Shown here: positions 52,504-61,392 of the stretch, piece after piece | Position numbering within the stretch: the first letter of the stretch is position 1 | How the letters are laid out: the number at the start of each line of letters is the position of its first letter | Assembly: GCA_021740905.1 (NCBI GenBank) | Contig: JAIOYV010000012.1 | Span: 25,786 to 89,785 of the forward strand | Direction of reading: 5' to 3' | Length of the DNA: 64,000 bases | DNA from: Bacteroidales bacterium | Lineage (GTDB): Bacteria > Bacteroidota > Bacteroidia > Bacteroidales > M50B96 | Notes under the pieces: generated by a model | Told to the model about the DNA's origin: nothing | What the model saw: the letters and a program-made list of their open reading frames with translations, nothing else | The model's database searches: none | Program-made: the position numbers and the translations under genes

Positions 52504-53601
52504 TCACAAACTCATCTGCGGCTTCGGTGTCTTATTGGTCGAAGGTGGCAACACCGGCAACTGAAGTGCATCCGCTGGAATTGTGCCTGTAAGTGACTGC
52601 ATCCAGGCCGTAATCAGGTCAAGCTCTTCCTCTGTTAAATCTTTTTTCAACTGGGTTTTTGCAATAATCCGGTTGGCCTCGCGTAAATCCCATACCGAGC
52701 CATCGTGAAAATATGGGTAGGTCCTGGCAATATTCAACAAGCCTGGCACCTTGAATTTGAATTTGTCGGCCTCGTTGCCGGTCACACCAAACAATCCTTC
52801 ATCGGGTTTTTCGCTACCTGTATAGTCCCAGTAAGGTTCAACCTGGTGGCCAAACTTTTGAAAGTTACGTGCTCCCAATGCCGGCCCGGTGTGACAGATA
52901 ATACAACCTGTTCGGATAAACAAATCCAGGCCCTTCTTTTCTTTCTCGTTTAGGGCGGCAGCATCGCCTTTCAAATAAGAATCGAAAGGGCCAGGTGTCA
53001 GCAAAAGCCTCTCGAAAGCACCAATGGCTTTGCCAATGTTGATTAGGGTGAGAGGCTGGTCTTCGTCTGGAAATGCCAGCTTAAAACGATCTTGATATTC
53101 GGGAATGCTGGCAATGCGTTCTACAGCAATTTCTTCATGGGGCATGGCCATCTCCACCGGGTTCATTACTGGGCCGGTGGCTTGCTCCTCCACGTCTTTG
53201 GCACGGCCATCCCAGAACTGCGAGAAATGCAGGGCAGCGTTCAACACGGTCGGCGAGTTGCGAGTGCCAAGTTGTCCGGCAAACCCAACCGACAACGAGT
53301 TATTGTCTACACCATAGGTGGAAAGATTGTGGCACGAATTACAACTTATCGAGTTGCTCAACGACAGGCGGGTGTCAAAATAGAGCATCCTCCCAAGTTC
53401 TATTTTTTCGGCCAGATATGGGTTGTCAACATTCGAAGCACTATCGGGGATAGGTTGGAAATAATTCGCAGCCAAAACAAACAGAGCCTTGTCCTGTTCA
53501 CTCATAGGAGTTGTTGCTTCCTTTGACTGGCTTTTTTGTTCGCAGGAAATAATCCCCGCAAGTAATGCAATCATCAATACATTGATTAGTAATCTTTTCA
53601 T
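52504..53601 (-). CDS. ccp: Di-haem cytochrome c peroxidase (lipoprotein)
   Basis: Lipobox IISC, CNSCH, RNSPTVLNA, QFWDGRA, CIICH, FKVPGL, PYFHDG. Confidence 0.92.
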   Translation of the reverse strand: MKRLLINVLMIALLAGIISCEQKSQSKEATTPMSEQDKALFVLAANYFQPIPDSASNVDNPYLAEKIELGRMLYFDTRLSLSNSISCNSCHNLSTYGVDNNSLSVGFAGQLGTRNSPTVLNAALHFSQFWDGRAKDVEEQATGPVMNPVEMAMPHEEIAVERIASIPEYQDRFKLAFPDEDQPLTLINIGKAIGAFERLLLTPGPFDSYLKGDAAALNEKEKKGLDLFIRTGCIICHTGPALGARNFQKFGHQVEPYWDYTGSEKPDEGLFGVTGNEADKFKFKVPGLLNIARTYPYFHDGSVWDLREANRIIAKTQLKKDLTEEELDLITAWMQSLTGTIPADALQLPVLPPSTNKTPKPQMSL

Positions 53602-53604
53602 TTT

Positions 53605-54099
53605 TTAATCCTCCATTTTAATCTTGTTAATTATGTTTGATGTGGAAAATCCTTCCACAAAACTGATGGTTTTTATGTGTCCGTGTTTGGCCATCAGGAT
53701 ATCGTAGCCCACAATGTCTTCGGGGTGGTAGTCGCTGCCTTTCACCAAAATGTCGGGCTGGATCCGCTTGATGAGTTCGTAGGGAGTGTCGTCATCAAAA
53801 AAAACCACCAGGTCGACAAAGAAAAAAGAAGCCATGATCATGGCCCGGCTCTGTTCGTCCTGGATAGGGCGGGTCATTCCTTTTAGCCTTTGCACCGATG
53901 CATCGGTGTTTAGTCCCACAACCAACACATCGCCCAGGCTCGCAGCTTTGGAGAGGTAATCCACATGGCCCCGGTGGATGAGGTCAAAGCATCCGTTTGT
54001 GAACACAATTTTCTTGTTTTCCCTTTGCCACGCAGGAAGGATGCCTGGTAGTTGATAGACAGTGGCAATTTTTGCCAGCATATCGGAATACTTTTTCAT
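53605..54099 (-). CDS. rfaE2: D-glycero-beta-D-manno-heptose 1-phosphate adenylyltransferase
   Basis: VFTNGCFDLIHRGH, GLNTDASV.RLKG..RP, PDILVKG.DY; start 54099 preferred. Confidence 0.9.
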   Translation of the reverse strand: MKKYSDMLAKIATVYQLPGILPAWQRENKKIVFTNGCFDLIHRGHVDYLSKAASLGDVLVVGLNTDASVQRLKGMTRPIQDEQSRAMIMASFFFVDLVVFFDDDTPYELIKRIQPDILVKGSDYHPEDIVGYDILMAKHGHIKTISFVEGFSTSNIINKIKMED

Positions 54100-54427
54100 A
54101 GTCAGTTTTTTAGAGAGATCAAATATAAGAAAAGGAAAGGGAAAAGCTGCGAGCTTAACCATTAAAAAAATCTGTTATTCACAATGAAAGACTAGCGAAT
54201 TAGCTTAGGCATGTCGATTGAGGATTGTTCCTCGATAACTTCTTGGCCATTTCGATAAGCCAAGTGAATCGGTCGGATTGCCTCAAAACCTCACTTTGTA
54301 CGAATAAAGTAAATACGAATTCAGCTTTTAACTGTATTTTGTGAGTTTAAACTCCGTGGTGCTTTGTGGCATTATATGTAATTTTACCCCATTAATTTAA
54401 TATTGAAGAAATTCAAGGAGATATTCT

Positions 54428-57400
54428 ATGAAAAAGATTTTATTCACTTTTACTATAATTCTGTTCGTCCAATTGATAATTGCCCAGGACACACTGGTTG
54501 TTCAAACTTTCACCTTCGATTCCATCACCACACGGAGAGGCGTTTTCCAGTTTCCCGATTCGACCCACAACTACCGCAAAGTGTTGATGGAATATACACT
54601 AAAATGCGATGCCGCCACTACGCATGATCAGTTCGATTGTGGTGAATGGGATTATCTCACTTACACTTATGTGTATGATCATACGGGTGAATTGGATTCC
54701 ACCCTATATGAGCATCCCAGGTATAAAATGGTGAATACCGTTTGGGATACAATAGCGTACACAACGGAATGGCCTTATATTGTCAATCAGGAATACCAGC
54801 AATACCTCGTGGTCGATTCCATTGTCGGCGAATCGAATTTCAGCATAGGAAGCTCCCCAACTATTTTTCCTTTACCCGGCTTTGGGTCCGAGCCTGAAGG
54901 CAGGGTCCAGTTTTATTATAGTGCAGCTGATTTGTTGCAAACTGGCATGTTGCCCGGAGAAATTGATATGCTAAAATTAAAATTTGAAGGCAGTGCTCAA
55001 CATATCCCCAACCTGACCATCAAACTAAAAAATGATACAATAAACACTACCGAGAATGGATTTGACAATTCAGGCCTCACCGAGGTGTATAAAAAAGATA
55101 CCGATATTGATCCATCCGACTGGCAAACTTTCAACTTTAAACAAGCTTTCAATTGGGACGGGGTTTCCGGGATTTTGGTTGAACTAAGCTTTACTGGCAA
55201 ATATCAATTGGGACCGATATTGATCTATGGTGCAGCGGGCACAAACACATCCTGCGTTTACACAAGCGAATCGGATCATTTCATCAAAATAGATGGACAA
55301 AAGTATGTGAGTGTTGATATCGACAGCATGGCCGGTCTTATCGACAATGAAATCACAATTACATTCTGGCAATATGGCGACCCCGCTATTCAACCTCAAA
55401 GCGATCATATTTTTGAGGCGAGAAATGCAAGTAACCAAAGAGTATTAAATTCGCACCTGCCCTGGGGCAATGGTAATGTATATTGGGATGCAGGAAACAC
55501 CGGATCGAATTACGACAGGATTTACAAAGCTGCCGATACCAGCCAATATGCCGGACAATGGAATCACTGGGCGATGACAAAAAATGCTACCACTGGCTTT
55601 ATGCGCATTTATCTGAATGGTCAACTTTGGTACGAGGAATCGGGCAAAACCAAAACAATGACAGGGATTACAAAATTCAATATTGGTGCAAATGGCGATA
55701 ATACCACGTTTTACGATGGCTATATCGACGAGTTTACCATTTTCAGCAAAGAACTGCCCGATACTATTATTCAGGAGTACATGAACCGGAAGATCGATCC
55801 CAGCCATCCTTTTGCTGCCAACCTACTGGCATCCATTTATTTCGATGAGGGTGCAGGTTATATGGCAGAAGATTTGTCAGGTGTAGGAAGCAATGCAGTA
55901 TTGATGGGGGCACCACAATGGGGCACTTTGCCTGGAGATCAACTCCGAATGAATTCCACAAGCAACAACATGTTGCCCAATATTATTTTTGTGCAGGGCG
56001 AATATCTTTCTCATATAGATTCAACGGTTTCTGTTGATACCTCTTGTGTCAGCCCAATGTCGGTAGTAGAATATACCGTTGGGAATAATGAATTTACGCC
56101 TATGGATACAAGTTGGGTTTTTCTGGCTGGTTGGCAGTATGTGTACAATCCGGCCAACCAAGTGATCGATTCAAACTACTTCGCTCCTGCAGATCAATAC
56201 ATCAACTCGACAATTTCGTATTATGGCGAGCCTTTCGAAGTAATCGACCGCTACGAGATTGGTCGTTTCATTACCCCTTATGGGATTGGTCTTACACTCG
56301 GCCCAAATGGTTTTACCTGGCTCTATGACGTGACGGATTATGCCTTCCTTTTGAATGATGGCGTAGACATCTCGGCAGGGAACCAACAGGAGTTGTTGGA
56401 TGTGAAGTTCATTATGATTGAAGGAACCCCTCCCCGCGACTTTGTGGAACTGACACGCCCCTGGGGGCAAATGGGATCGAAAAGCTACAAGGCACTGGAC
56501 AACGACGATGCGATGAAAAACAAAACCGTTGCATTGAATCCTCTAGCATCCACTTTTAAAATGAAAACCCGGTTGACCGGACATGGGCATAATACCTCTA
56601 CAGGAAGTTATCCCCATTGTTGCGAGTGGTGGGACAACACACACTACCTTATGGTAAACTCCGATACGGTAAGTGAATGGCATATTTGGGAAACCTACGA
56701 TTGCGCCCAAAACCCGGTTTATCCCCAAGGCGGAACATGGCCTGGTTCGCGCGAAGGTTGGTGCCCTGGCGACAAAGTGAAAGAATATGAGTTCGAGATT
56801 ACCGATTATGTGACCGGTTCATCTGTTGATGTAGATTATGAAATATCGGATGTGCCTTCATTCAACCCTGGAATGGGAAACGGAAATTATGTGATGGCTA
56901 TGCACTTGTTTCAATACGGAGCACCCAACTTCACCCTCGATGCTGAGATTGTAGATGTGATAAGCCCTAACCTATTTGGCTACCAATCGCGCAAAAACCC
57001 GGTTTGCGACGGGGCAGAAGTGGTCATCCGAAATTCCGGGGCCACACCCATAACAAGCCTTGTATTTACCTATAAAGTGTCCGGGGGCCTGAGCCAACAA
57101 TATACCTGGACCGGGTACCTAGAGTTTATGCAAAAAGAAATTGTCAACCTCCCTGTCCCCGGTGTGGAATTCTGGCTTGGGAATGGCGATAATGTCTTTG
57201 AAGTAAGTGTTTCGACCCCCAACAATGGCATCGACCAATATGCCGATAACGATTATTACCGAACTAAGTTTGAAATCCCCCCGGTGTACAACGATAATTT
57301 TATTATCATGTACATTACAAATCATTTTCCCGAGGACAATTACTATGAAATAAAGGACATCAATGGGAATATCGTAGCCAGCCGGTACACTGCCGTGGCA

Positions 57401-57880
57401 GACACAACCTACAACGACACACTAAACCTGCCCCCTGGTTGTTACACTTTTGAGTTTTACGACACAGGGCACGATGGTTTATATTACTATTTCTATTCCG
57501 ATCAGGGTACCGGTCACCTGCGCTTTAAAAAGATGAACGGAGTTACATTAAAGATGTTTGAGCCTGATTTTGGCTACAAGATACACCAGGCATTTGTCTT
57601 AGCCGAAAGTATTTCGATCCATTCAACGGAAGATGAACAAATTATCCAGGTGTTCCCCAACCCTGCGCACGACAATATATATGTTGATGTGAGCGGATAC
57701 ACGGGTGAGATTGAAATTCTCTTACTCGATTTCACTGGCCGCAAAATCTACTCGAAAATTAGCTGGATTGAGAATTCGGCTACCGAAACAATCCAATTGA
57801 ACAGCCTCGCTCCCGGTGCTTATTTGATAAGGGCCACCGGTGAAGGATTGAATTACTCGAAACAGATTATTGTGCAGTAG
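54428..57880 (+). CDS. T9SS-secreted peptide-N-glycosidase F-related protein with inserted LamG domain
   Basis: CGEWDY, EIGRFITPYG, YDVTDY, TGHG, REGWCPG; LamG WNHWA..IYLNG..GYIDEF; VFPNPA C-terminal domain. Confidence 0.85.
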   Translation: MKKILFTFTIILFVQLIIAQDTLVVQTFTFDSITTRRGVFQFPDSTHNYRKVLMEYTLKCDAATTHDQFDCGEWDYLTYTYVYDHTGELDSTLYEHPRYKMVNTVWDTIAYTTEWPYIVNQEYQQYLVVDSIVGESNFSIGSSPTIFPLPGFGSEPEGRVQFYYSAADLLQTGMLPGEIDMLKLKFEGSAQHIPNLTIKLKNDTINTTENGFDNSGLTEVYKKDTDIDPSDWQTFNFKQAFNWDGVSGILVELSFTGKYQLGPILIYGAAGTNTSCVYTSESDHFIKIDGQKYVSVDIDSMAGLIDNEITITFWQYGDPAIQPQSDHIFEARNASNQRVLNSHLPWGNGNVYWDAGNTGSNYDRIYKAADTSQYAGQWNHWAMTKNATTGFMRIYLNGQLWYEESGKTKTMTGITKFNIGANGDNTTFYDGYIDEFTIFSKELPDTIIQEYMNRKIDPSHPFAANLLASIYFDEGAGYMAEDLSGVGSNAVLMGAPQWGTLPGDQLRMNSTSNNMLPNIIFVQGEYLSHIDSTVSVDTSCVSPMSVVEYTVGNNEFTPMDTSWVFLAGWQYVYNPANQVIDSNYFAPADQYINSTISYYGEPFEVIDRYEIGRFITPYGIGLTLGPNGFTWLYDVTDYAFLLNDGVDISAGNQQELLDVKFIMIEGTPPRDFVELTRPWGQMGSKSYKALDNDDAMKNKTVALNPLASTFKMKTRLTGHGHNTSTGSYPHCCEWWDNTHYLMVNSDTVSEWHIWETYDCAQNPVYPQGGTWPGSREGWCPGDKVKEYEFEITDYVTGSSVDVDYEISDVPSFNPGMGNGNYVMAMHLFQYGAPNFTLDAEIVDVISPNLFGYQSRKNPVCDGAEVVIRNSGATPITSLVFTYKVSGGLSQQYTWTGYLEFMQKEIVNLPVPGVEFWLGNGDNVFEVSVSTPNNGIDQYADNDYYRTKFEIPPVYNDNFIIMYITNHFPEDNYYEIKDINGNIVASRYTAVADTTYNDTLNLPPGCYTFEFYDTGHDGLYYYFYSDQGTGHLRFKKMNGVTLKMFEPDFGYKIHQAFVLAESISIHSTEDEQIIQVFPNPAHDNIYVDVSGYTGEIEILLLDFTGRKIYSKISWIENSATETIQLNSLAPGAYLIRATGEGLNYSKQIIVQ

Positions 57881-58005
57881 TTTCAGTCGGTTTATCCTCC
57901 GAAGCTATAGTGTAGGAGGGCAGTCGGCAGTCGGCAGTTCACAGTCGGAAGATGGCAGACGGTGTGGGCAGATTTCAGTCTTCAGTCTTCAGGTCTCAGT
58001 CGGCA
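57881..58005 (+). repeat. CAGTC 7-mer array with an embedded palindrome
   Basis: cagtcgg-cagtcgg-cagttca-cagtcgg...cagtctt-cagtctt starting at the stop codon; same family as 24015. Confidence 0.8.
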
Positions 58006-58093
58006 TGGTATAGTGGAAAATTGGATGAAGTGTGGGATTATAAAGAATATGGTTGGATTCAAAATAAAAACGACATAATTAGATAAACGAAAA

Positions 58094-58450
58094 ATGGGAT
58101 TGATACAGATCGAGGATATGGAGTTTTATGCCTTTCACGGGCATTTCAAAGAAGAACAAATTGTGGGCAACAAGTTTTTGGTCGATATTTCGCTGGATGT
58201 CGATTGCACCAAACCTGCCGAGAGCGATTCACTGAAGGATGCTGTGGATTACCAAAAAGTGTATCGTTTGATAAAACACGAGATGACCCAAAAATCCTTT
58301 CTTCTCGAAAATATATGCAAGCGCTTGTTGGATGTGGTGTTTCAGAATTTTCCGGAAGTGCGCAAAGCCACCATCAAAGTACGTAAGATGAACCCCCCAA
58401 TGGGCGGGCGGATTGGTAGTGTTAGCGTGATGTTGGAGAGGGAATGGTGA
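58094..58450 (+). CDS. folB: Dihydroneopterin aldolase
   Basis: FYAFHG...EEQIVGNKF, VDYQ, LLE, KMNPPMGG. Confidence 0.95.
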   Translation: MGLIQIEDMEFYAFHGHFKEEQIVGNKFLVDISLDVDCTKPAESDSLKDAVDYQKVYRLIKHEMTQKSFLLENICKRLLDVVFQNFPEVRKATIKVRKMNPPMGGRIGSVSVMLEREW

Positions 58451-58590
58451 GGGAAGTGTCGTGTCCTTGTAAAAAAATCGGGCAAAAAAGAAATGGAATT
58501 TTATATATCAAATGAAAATCAAGGCTAATAAGGTTGTACCGTCAAATTTTCTAGTGAATTGTTATTATTTTCCCATCACAAATAAAAATT

Positions 58591-59217
58591 TTATCTATTT
58601 GCATCCTCTGGAAGTCTACATAAATGAAATGATAATTTAAAAATAAATAAATAATAACCAAACAAATCCATTGATTCAATTCTATTGTCATGTATGTCTT
58701 CTTTGAGAAGGATTAACTCAGAATTTTCAATAATTGAAATATCATCCAAATATGCAACATACTCCACGCTGGTTTTGGTTGGTGGTAGATAAAATACATT
58801 CGAATATTGCTGGTTTTTGATTTTTGTTAAGATCTCGGCTGCATTTTCCACTTCCAGTTCATTCATACTTTCTATAAAAGCATTTAATGTGATGACTTTG
58901 GCTACAATTACTTTTTTGGGAATATTCCTTTTATGTGTTTCAAAAACATCACATGTATTTGATAATAACAAGGCATCAAAGTACTCCTTGTTATACATTT
59001 TTGTTTCCGAATTGAAAACTGGAAATCTTAATTCCTTAATTAAATCACCTTGTAAAAAATATGAATTAGAATTAGATAAATAAAACTCAGTATAAAACTT
59101 ATCATTTTCAGTATTCTGATGTATGAATTGTTTCAATCCCTCCCTTAACCTATTTTTCTTTTGTGGTGCTAATTCAGGGGGTAATAATCTATTTATTTCA
59201 TCTATCGAGAATTCCAT
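58591..59217 (-). CDS. Hypothetical protein, possibly MazF/PemK-like fold
   Basis: LQGDLI, LLLSNTCD, FYLP, YYLFIFKLSFH..R; the fold assignment is inference. Confidence 0.65.
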   Translation of the reverse strand: MEFSIDEINRLLPPELAPQKKNRLREGLKQFIHQNTENDKFYTEFYLSNSNSYFLQGDLIKELRFPVFNSETKMYNKEYFDALLLSNTCDVFETHKRNIPKKVIVAKVITLNAFIESMNELEVENAAEILTKIKNQQYSNVFYLPPTKTSVEYVAYLDDISIIENSELILLKEDIHDNRIESMDLFGYYLFIFKLSFHLCRLPEDANR

Positions 59218-59228
59218 AATAATATTGC

Positions 59229-59588
59229 CTAAAGCCGATTTTTCATTATAGGATGAGATTTTCCAGATTTTTTTATTGCCAATTCAAGTGCTTCCTTTGC
59301 AATACCATCAATAGGTATGCTTCCTTTGAATAATTCCTTCGATAAATAATGAATAGAAATATTATTATTATCAATTACAAAAAGTTGTTCCAGATGTTTA
59401 TTATGTGGAAACAGTAATAAGGATGAGTTTTGGGTAATCTTATATTGGTTTCCAGCTTCTGGAAATAAAAAGTAATTATTCGGGTCTGGAAATTCATATT
59501 CTTTACCTTTTGTACAATCCACCAATGTGATTGAAGGATTAAACTGATGGAGATTAATATCTGTACCTATATTCGCAGCAATTATCAT
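59229..59588 (-). CDS. Small hypothetical protein, candidate antitoxin
   Basis: 119 aa; its ATG overlaps the upstream stop (ATGA); 11 nt gap to the next gene. Confidence 0.6.
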   Translation of the reverse strand: MIIAANIGTDINLHQFNPSITLVDCTKGKEYEFPDPNNYFLFPEAGNQYKITQNSSLLLFPHNKHLEQLFVIDNNNISIHYLSKELFKGSIPIDGIAKEALELAIKKSGKSHPIMKNRL

Positions 59589-60337
59589 TTTATAAGATTT
59601 TTAAAATAAGGAGTGGTAATATTAATAAAAGCATTTTTTGCATTATGATGAGCATCGTTAGCTAATTCAGACCAATTAATTTCATGCTTTAATGTATTAA
59701 AAGCAATGCAATTACATTCCAGCAAAACCTTTTTAATTCTCTCTGGATTAATTACATTAAGAATGGTCTTTAGCTGCAACCTTTTATTTGGTGCAATTTG
59801 ATATGCACTTTGAAACATGTGAGAAACTTCATCACCTTCTCCAAAGTGATCCATGTCGGGAACAAATGTTAAATAATTTGATAGTTTTTTGTCGGCCTTA
59901 AGATCAAAATTATTAATATAGATCATTTGTGCATTGTCTAGTCCATTACCATATCCTAAATCAAAGTAACTTGTGATAATATTTGAAATGAATTCATTGG
60001 AAAAAACATCCCATCCTGGATAATTACCTATTGTGTGAAAAGAAATGTAATTGTTTGATATTAAGATGGCTCTATCTTCTTTGTTGTTTTTGAATACCAT
60101 TTGTGTTTCACCCTCAACCAAATCGGGATTCTTGGGTGCTTCGTTTGGTTTAAAATGGAAGCTTAATTGAATGGGCTTGATTTCATTTCGTTTAATGAAT
60201 CCTTTCTCTTTAATCAATTTATAAAATTCTGCATAGCTTGTCCAGTCCCAAGAATTCTTTGATGGGTCAAATCGAAAAGCACAAACAGCTTCAGTTATCT
60301 TATGATTTAAGTATTCCATAAAATGAATTTGATTCAA
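59585..60337 (-). CDS. TIGR04255 family protein
   Basis: ITEAVCAFRF, YPGW..F, MIYINNF, VLLECN, AHHNAKNAF...T match the family pattern as I recall it. Confidence 0.75.
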   Translation of the reverse strand: MNQIHFMEYLNHKITEAVCAFRFDPSKNSWDWTSYAEFYKLIKEKGFIKRNEIKPIQLSFHFKPNEAPKNPDLVEGETQMVFKNNKEDRAILISNNYISFHTIGNYPGWDVFSNEFISNIITSYFDLGYGNGLDNAQMIYINNFDLKADKKLSNYLTFVPDMDHFGEGDEVSHMFQSAYQIAPNKRLQLKTILNVINPERIKKVLLECNCIAFNTLKHEINWSELANDAHHNAKNAFINITTPYFKNLIK

Positions 60338-60414
60338 AAAACGTATCTAAATTAATAATGTTTTATATTTCGAACAAATAATATATAAAATTATCCTTAA
60401 AAAGCTGTCAAAGC

Positions 60415-60474
60415 TCATCCGATTCTTATTAATAATTTTGTATCAAAATACTGTGTATCCAGAAATATTTTCAT
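60415..60474 (-). pseudogene. Truncated VapC (PIN) toxin
   Basis: ATG overlaps the antitoxin stop (ATGA); reads MKIFLDT (PIN strand 1 with the first Asp), then QYFDTKLLIRIG*. Confidence 0.7.
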
Positions 60475-60701
60475 AGCTCTGCTTTTCTTTCTTCAATTAT
60501 GGCATCTGACAATGAGCTTTTTAATTTTTTCGATTTCTCCCGTGCTTTTAAAAATGAGAAATCTTGTACTGAAAGTCTCTTAGGATCATCTTGCACTTCA
60601 TCCTCTAAAAAAGTCACAACCACTTTTCTTGGGCTTTTAAATTTTATCTTTTTTCCAAGGCGGACAATTCCATTTTCATACGTTCCGTTTACTGCAATCA
60701 T
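60471..60701 (-). CDS. AF2212/DUF104-like antitoxin
   Basis: MIAVNGTYENGIVRL...KVVVTFLE; C-terminal SLSDAIIEER. Confidence 0.75.
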   Translation of the reverse strand: MIAVNGTYENGIVRLGKKIKFKSPRKVVVTFLEDEVQDDPKRLSVQDFSFLKAREKSKKLKSSLSDAIIEERKAEL

Positions 60702-60777
60702 TTTGATATTTTTCCCCAAAGTTAGGTAAAGACATGGAAAGTTGCAAAGCTTAGATTTTATATTCAAGAAAGACAGC

Positions 60778-61143
60778 TTATCGGTTGTCCTGATTCTGAT
60801 TTTTCATTCCTTTCAACTCCTCCTTTATCTCTTCCAAACTTGCTTGAATATCGCGCATCACCGGATTCGAAGTGGTTACGTTCCGAAGCTCCTCTTCGCG
60901 GAGGCCATGTACTGTATCGAGCCGCCCTATTATTAAGGACAAGGTGATGAACAGGATAAACACAATGGGAATGGAAATCCAAATATTGTCGAAGATCAGA
61001 TTGCCAATGGTGGTGTTGCGGTAGGCTTCGATAAACACAAAGCCTATCATTATAAATTGAATGTACCCAATGTACATCCTTGCCCGGTCGATGTAAATTT
61101 TCCACCGGATTAGTGTCCGTTTGTTTGCTTTTATATCAGCCAT
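60778..61143 (-). CDS. Hypothetical two-TM membrane protein with C-terminal coiled coil
   Basis: Two hydrophobic segments, LREEE...NPVM..I. Confidence 0.7.
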   Translation of the reverse strand: MADIKANKRTLIRWKIYIDRARMYIGYIQFIMIGFVFIEAYRNTTIGNLIFDNIWISIPIVFILFITLSLIIGRLDTVHGLREEELRNVTTSNPVMRDIQASLEEIKEELKGMKNQNQDNR

Positions 61144-61230
61144 CTCATTTTTCGTTATTTACAAGCGAAAATAAGTATAATCTAATAGGGAGCTTTACCA
61201 ACAAGACCTTTTTTACGATAAGAAAATAGA

Positions 61231-61335
61231 CTATTTCCGCTTTGCCTTCTTCTCTCTTTTTTCTTCTTTCTTTTCCTTAGCCGATTTTGTGGCTTCCTTT
61301 TTTACATTCTTCTTCGCATCCTGTGATTTTGCCAT
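61231..61335 (-). CDS. Small lysine-rich protein, 34 aa (below the ORF-track cutoff)
   Basis: MAKSQDAKKNVKKEATKSAKEKKEEKREKKAKRK*, with an A-rich start context. Confidence 0.65.
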   Translation of the reverse strand: MAKSQDAKKNVKKEATKSAKEKKEEKREKKAKRK

Positions 61336-61392
61336 GACAGTGTTTATTAAATGAGTTTTAACTTTCTAATTTCCTGGGTAAAAATACTTTAT

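Noticed and set aside
54190-54370. Possible structured ncRNA or riboswitch between rfaE2 and the PNGase gene
   Set aside because: Only short hairpins (cttggc/gccaag) and no consensus I can recognise; an Rfam search would be needed.
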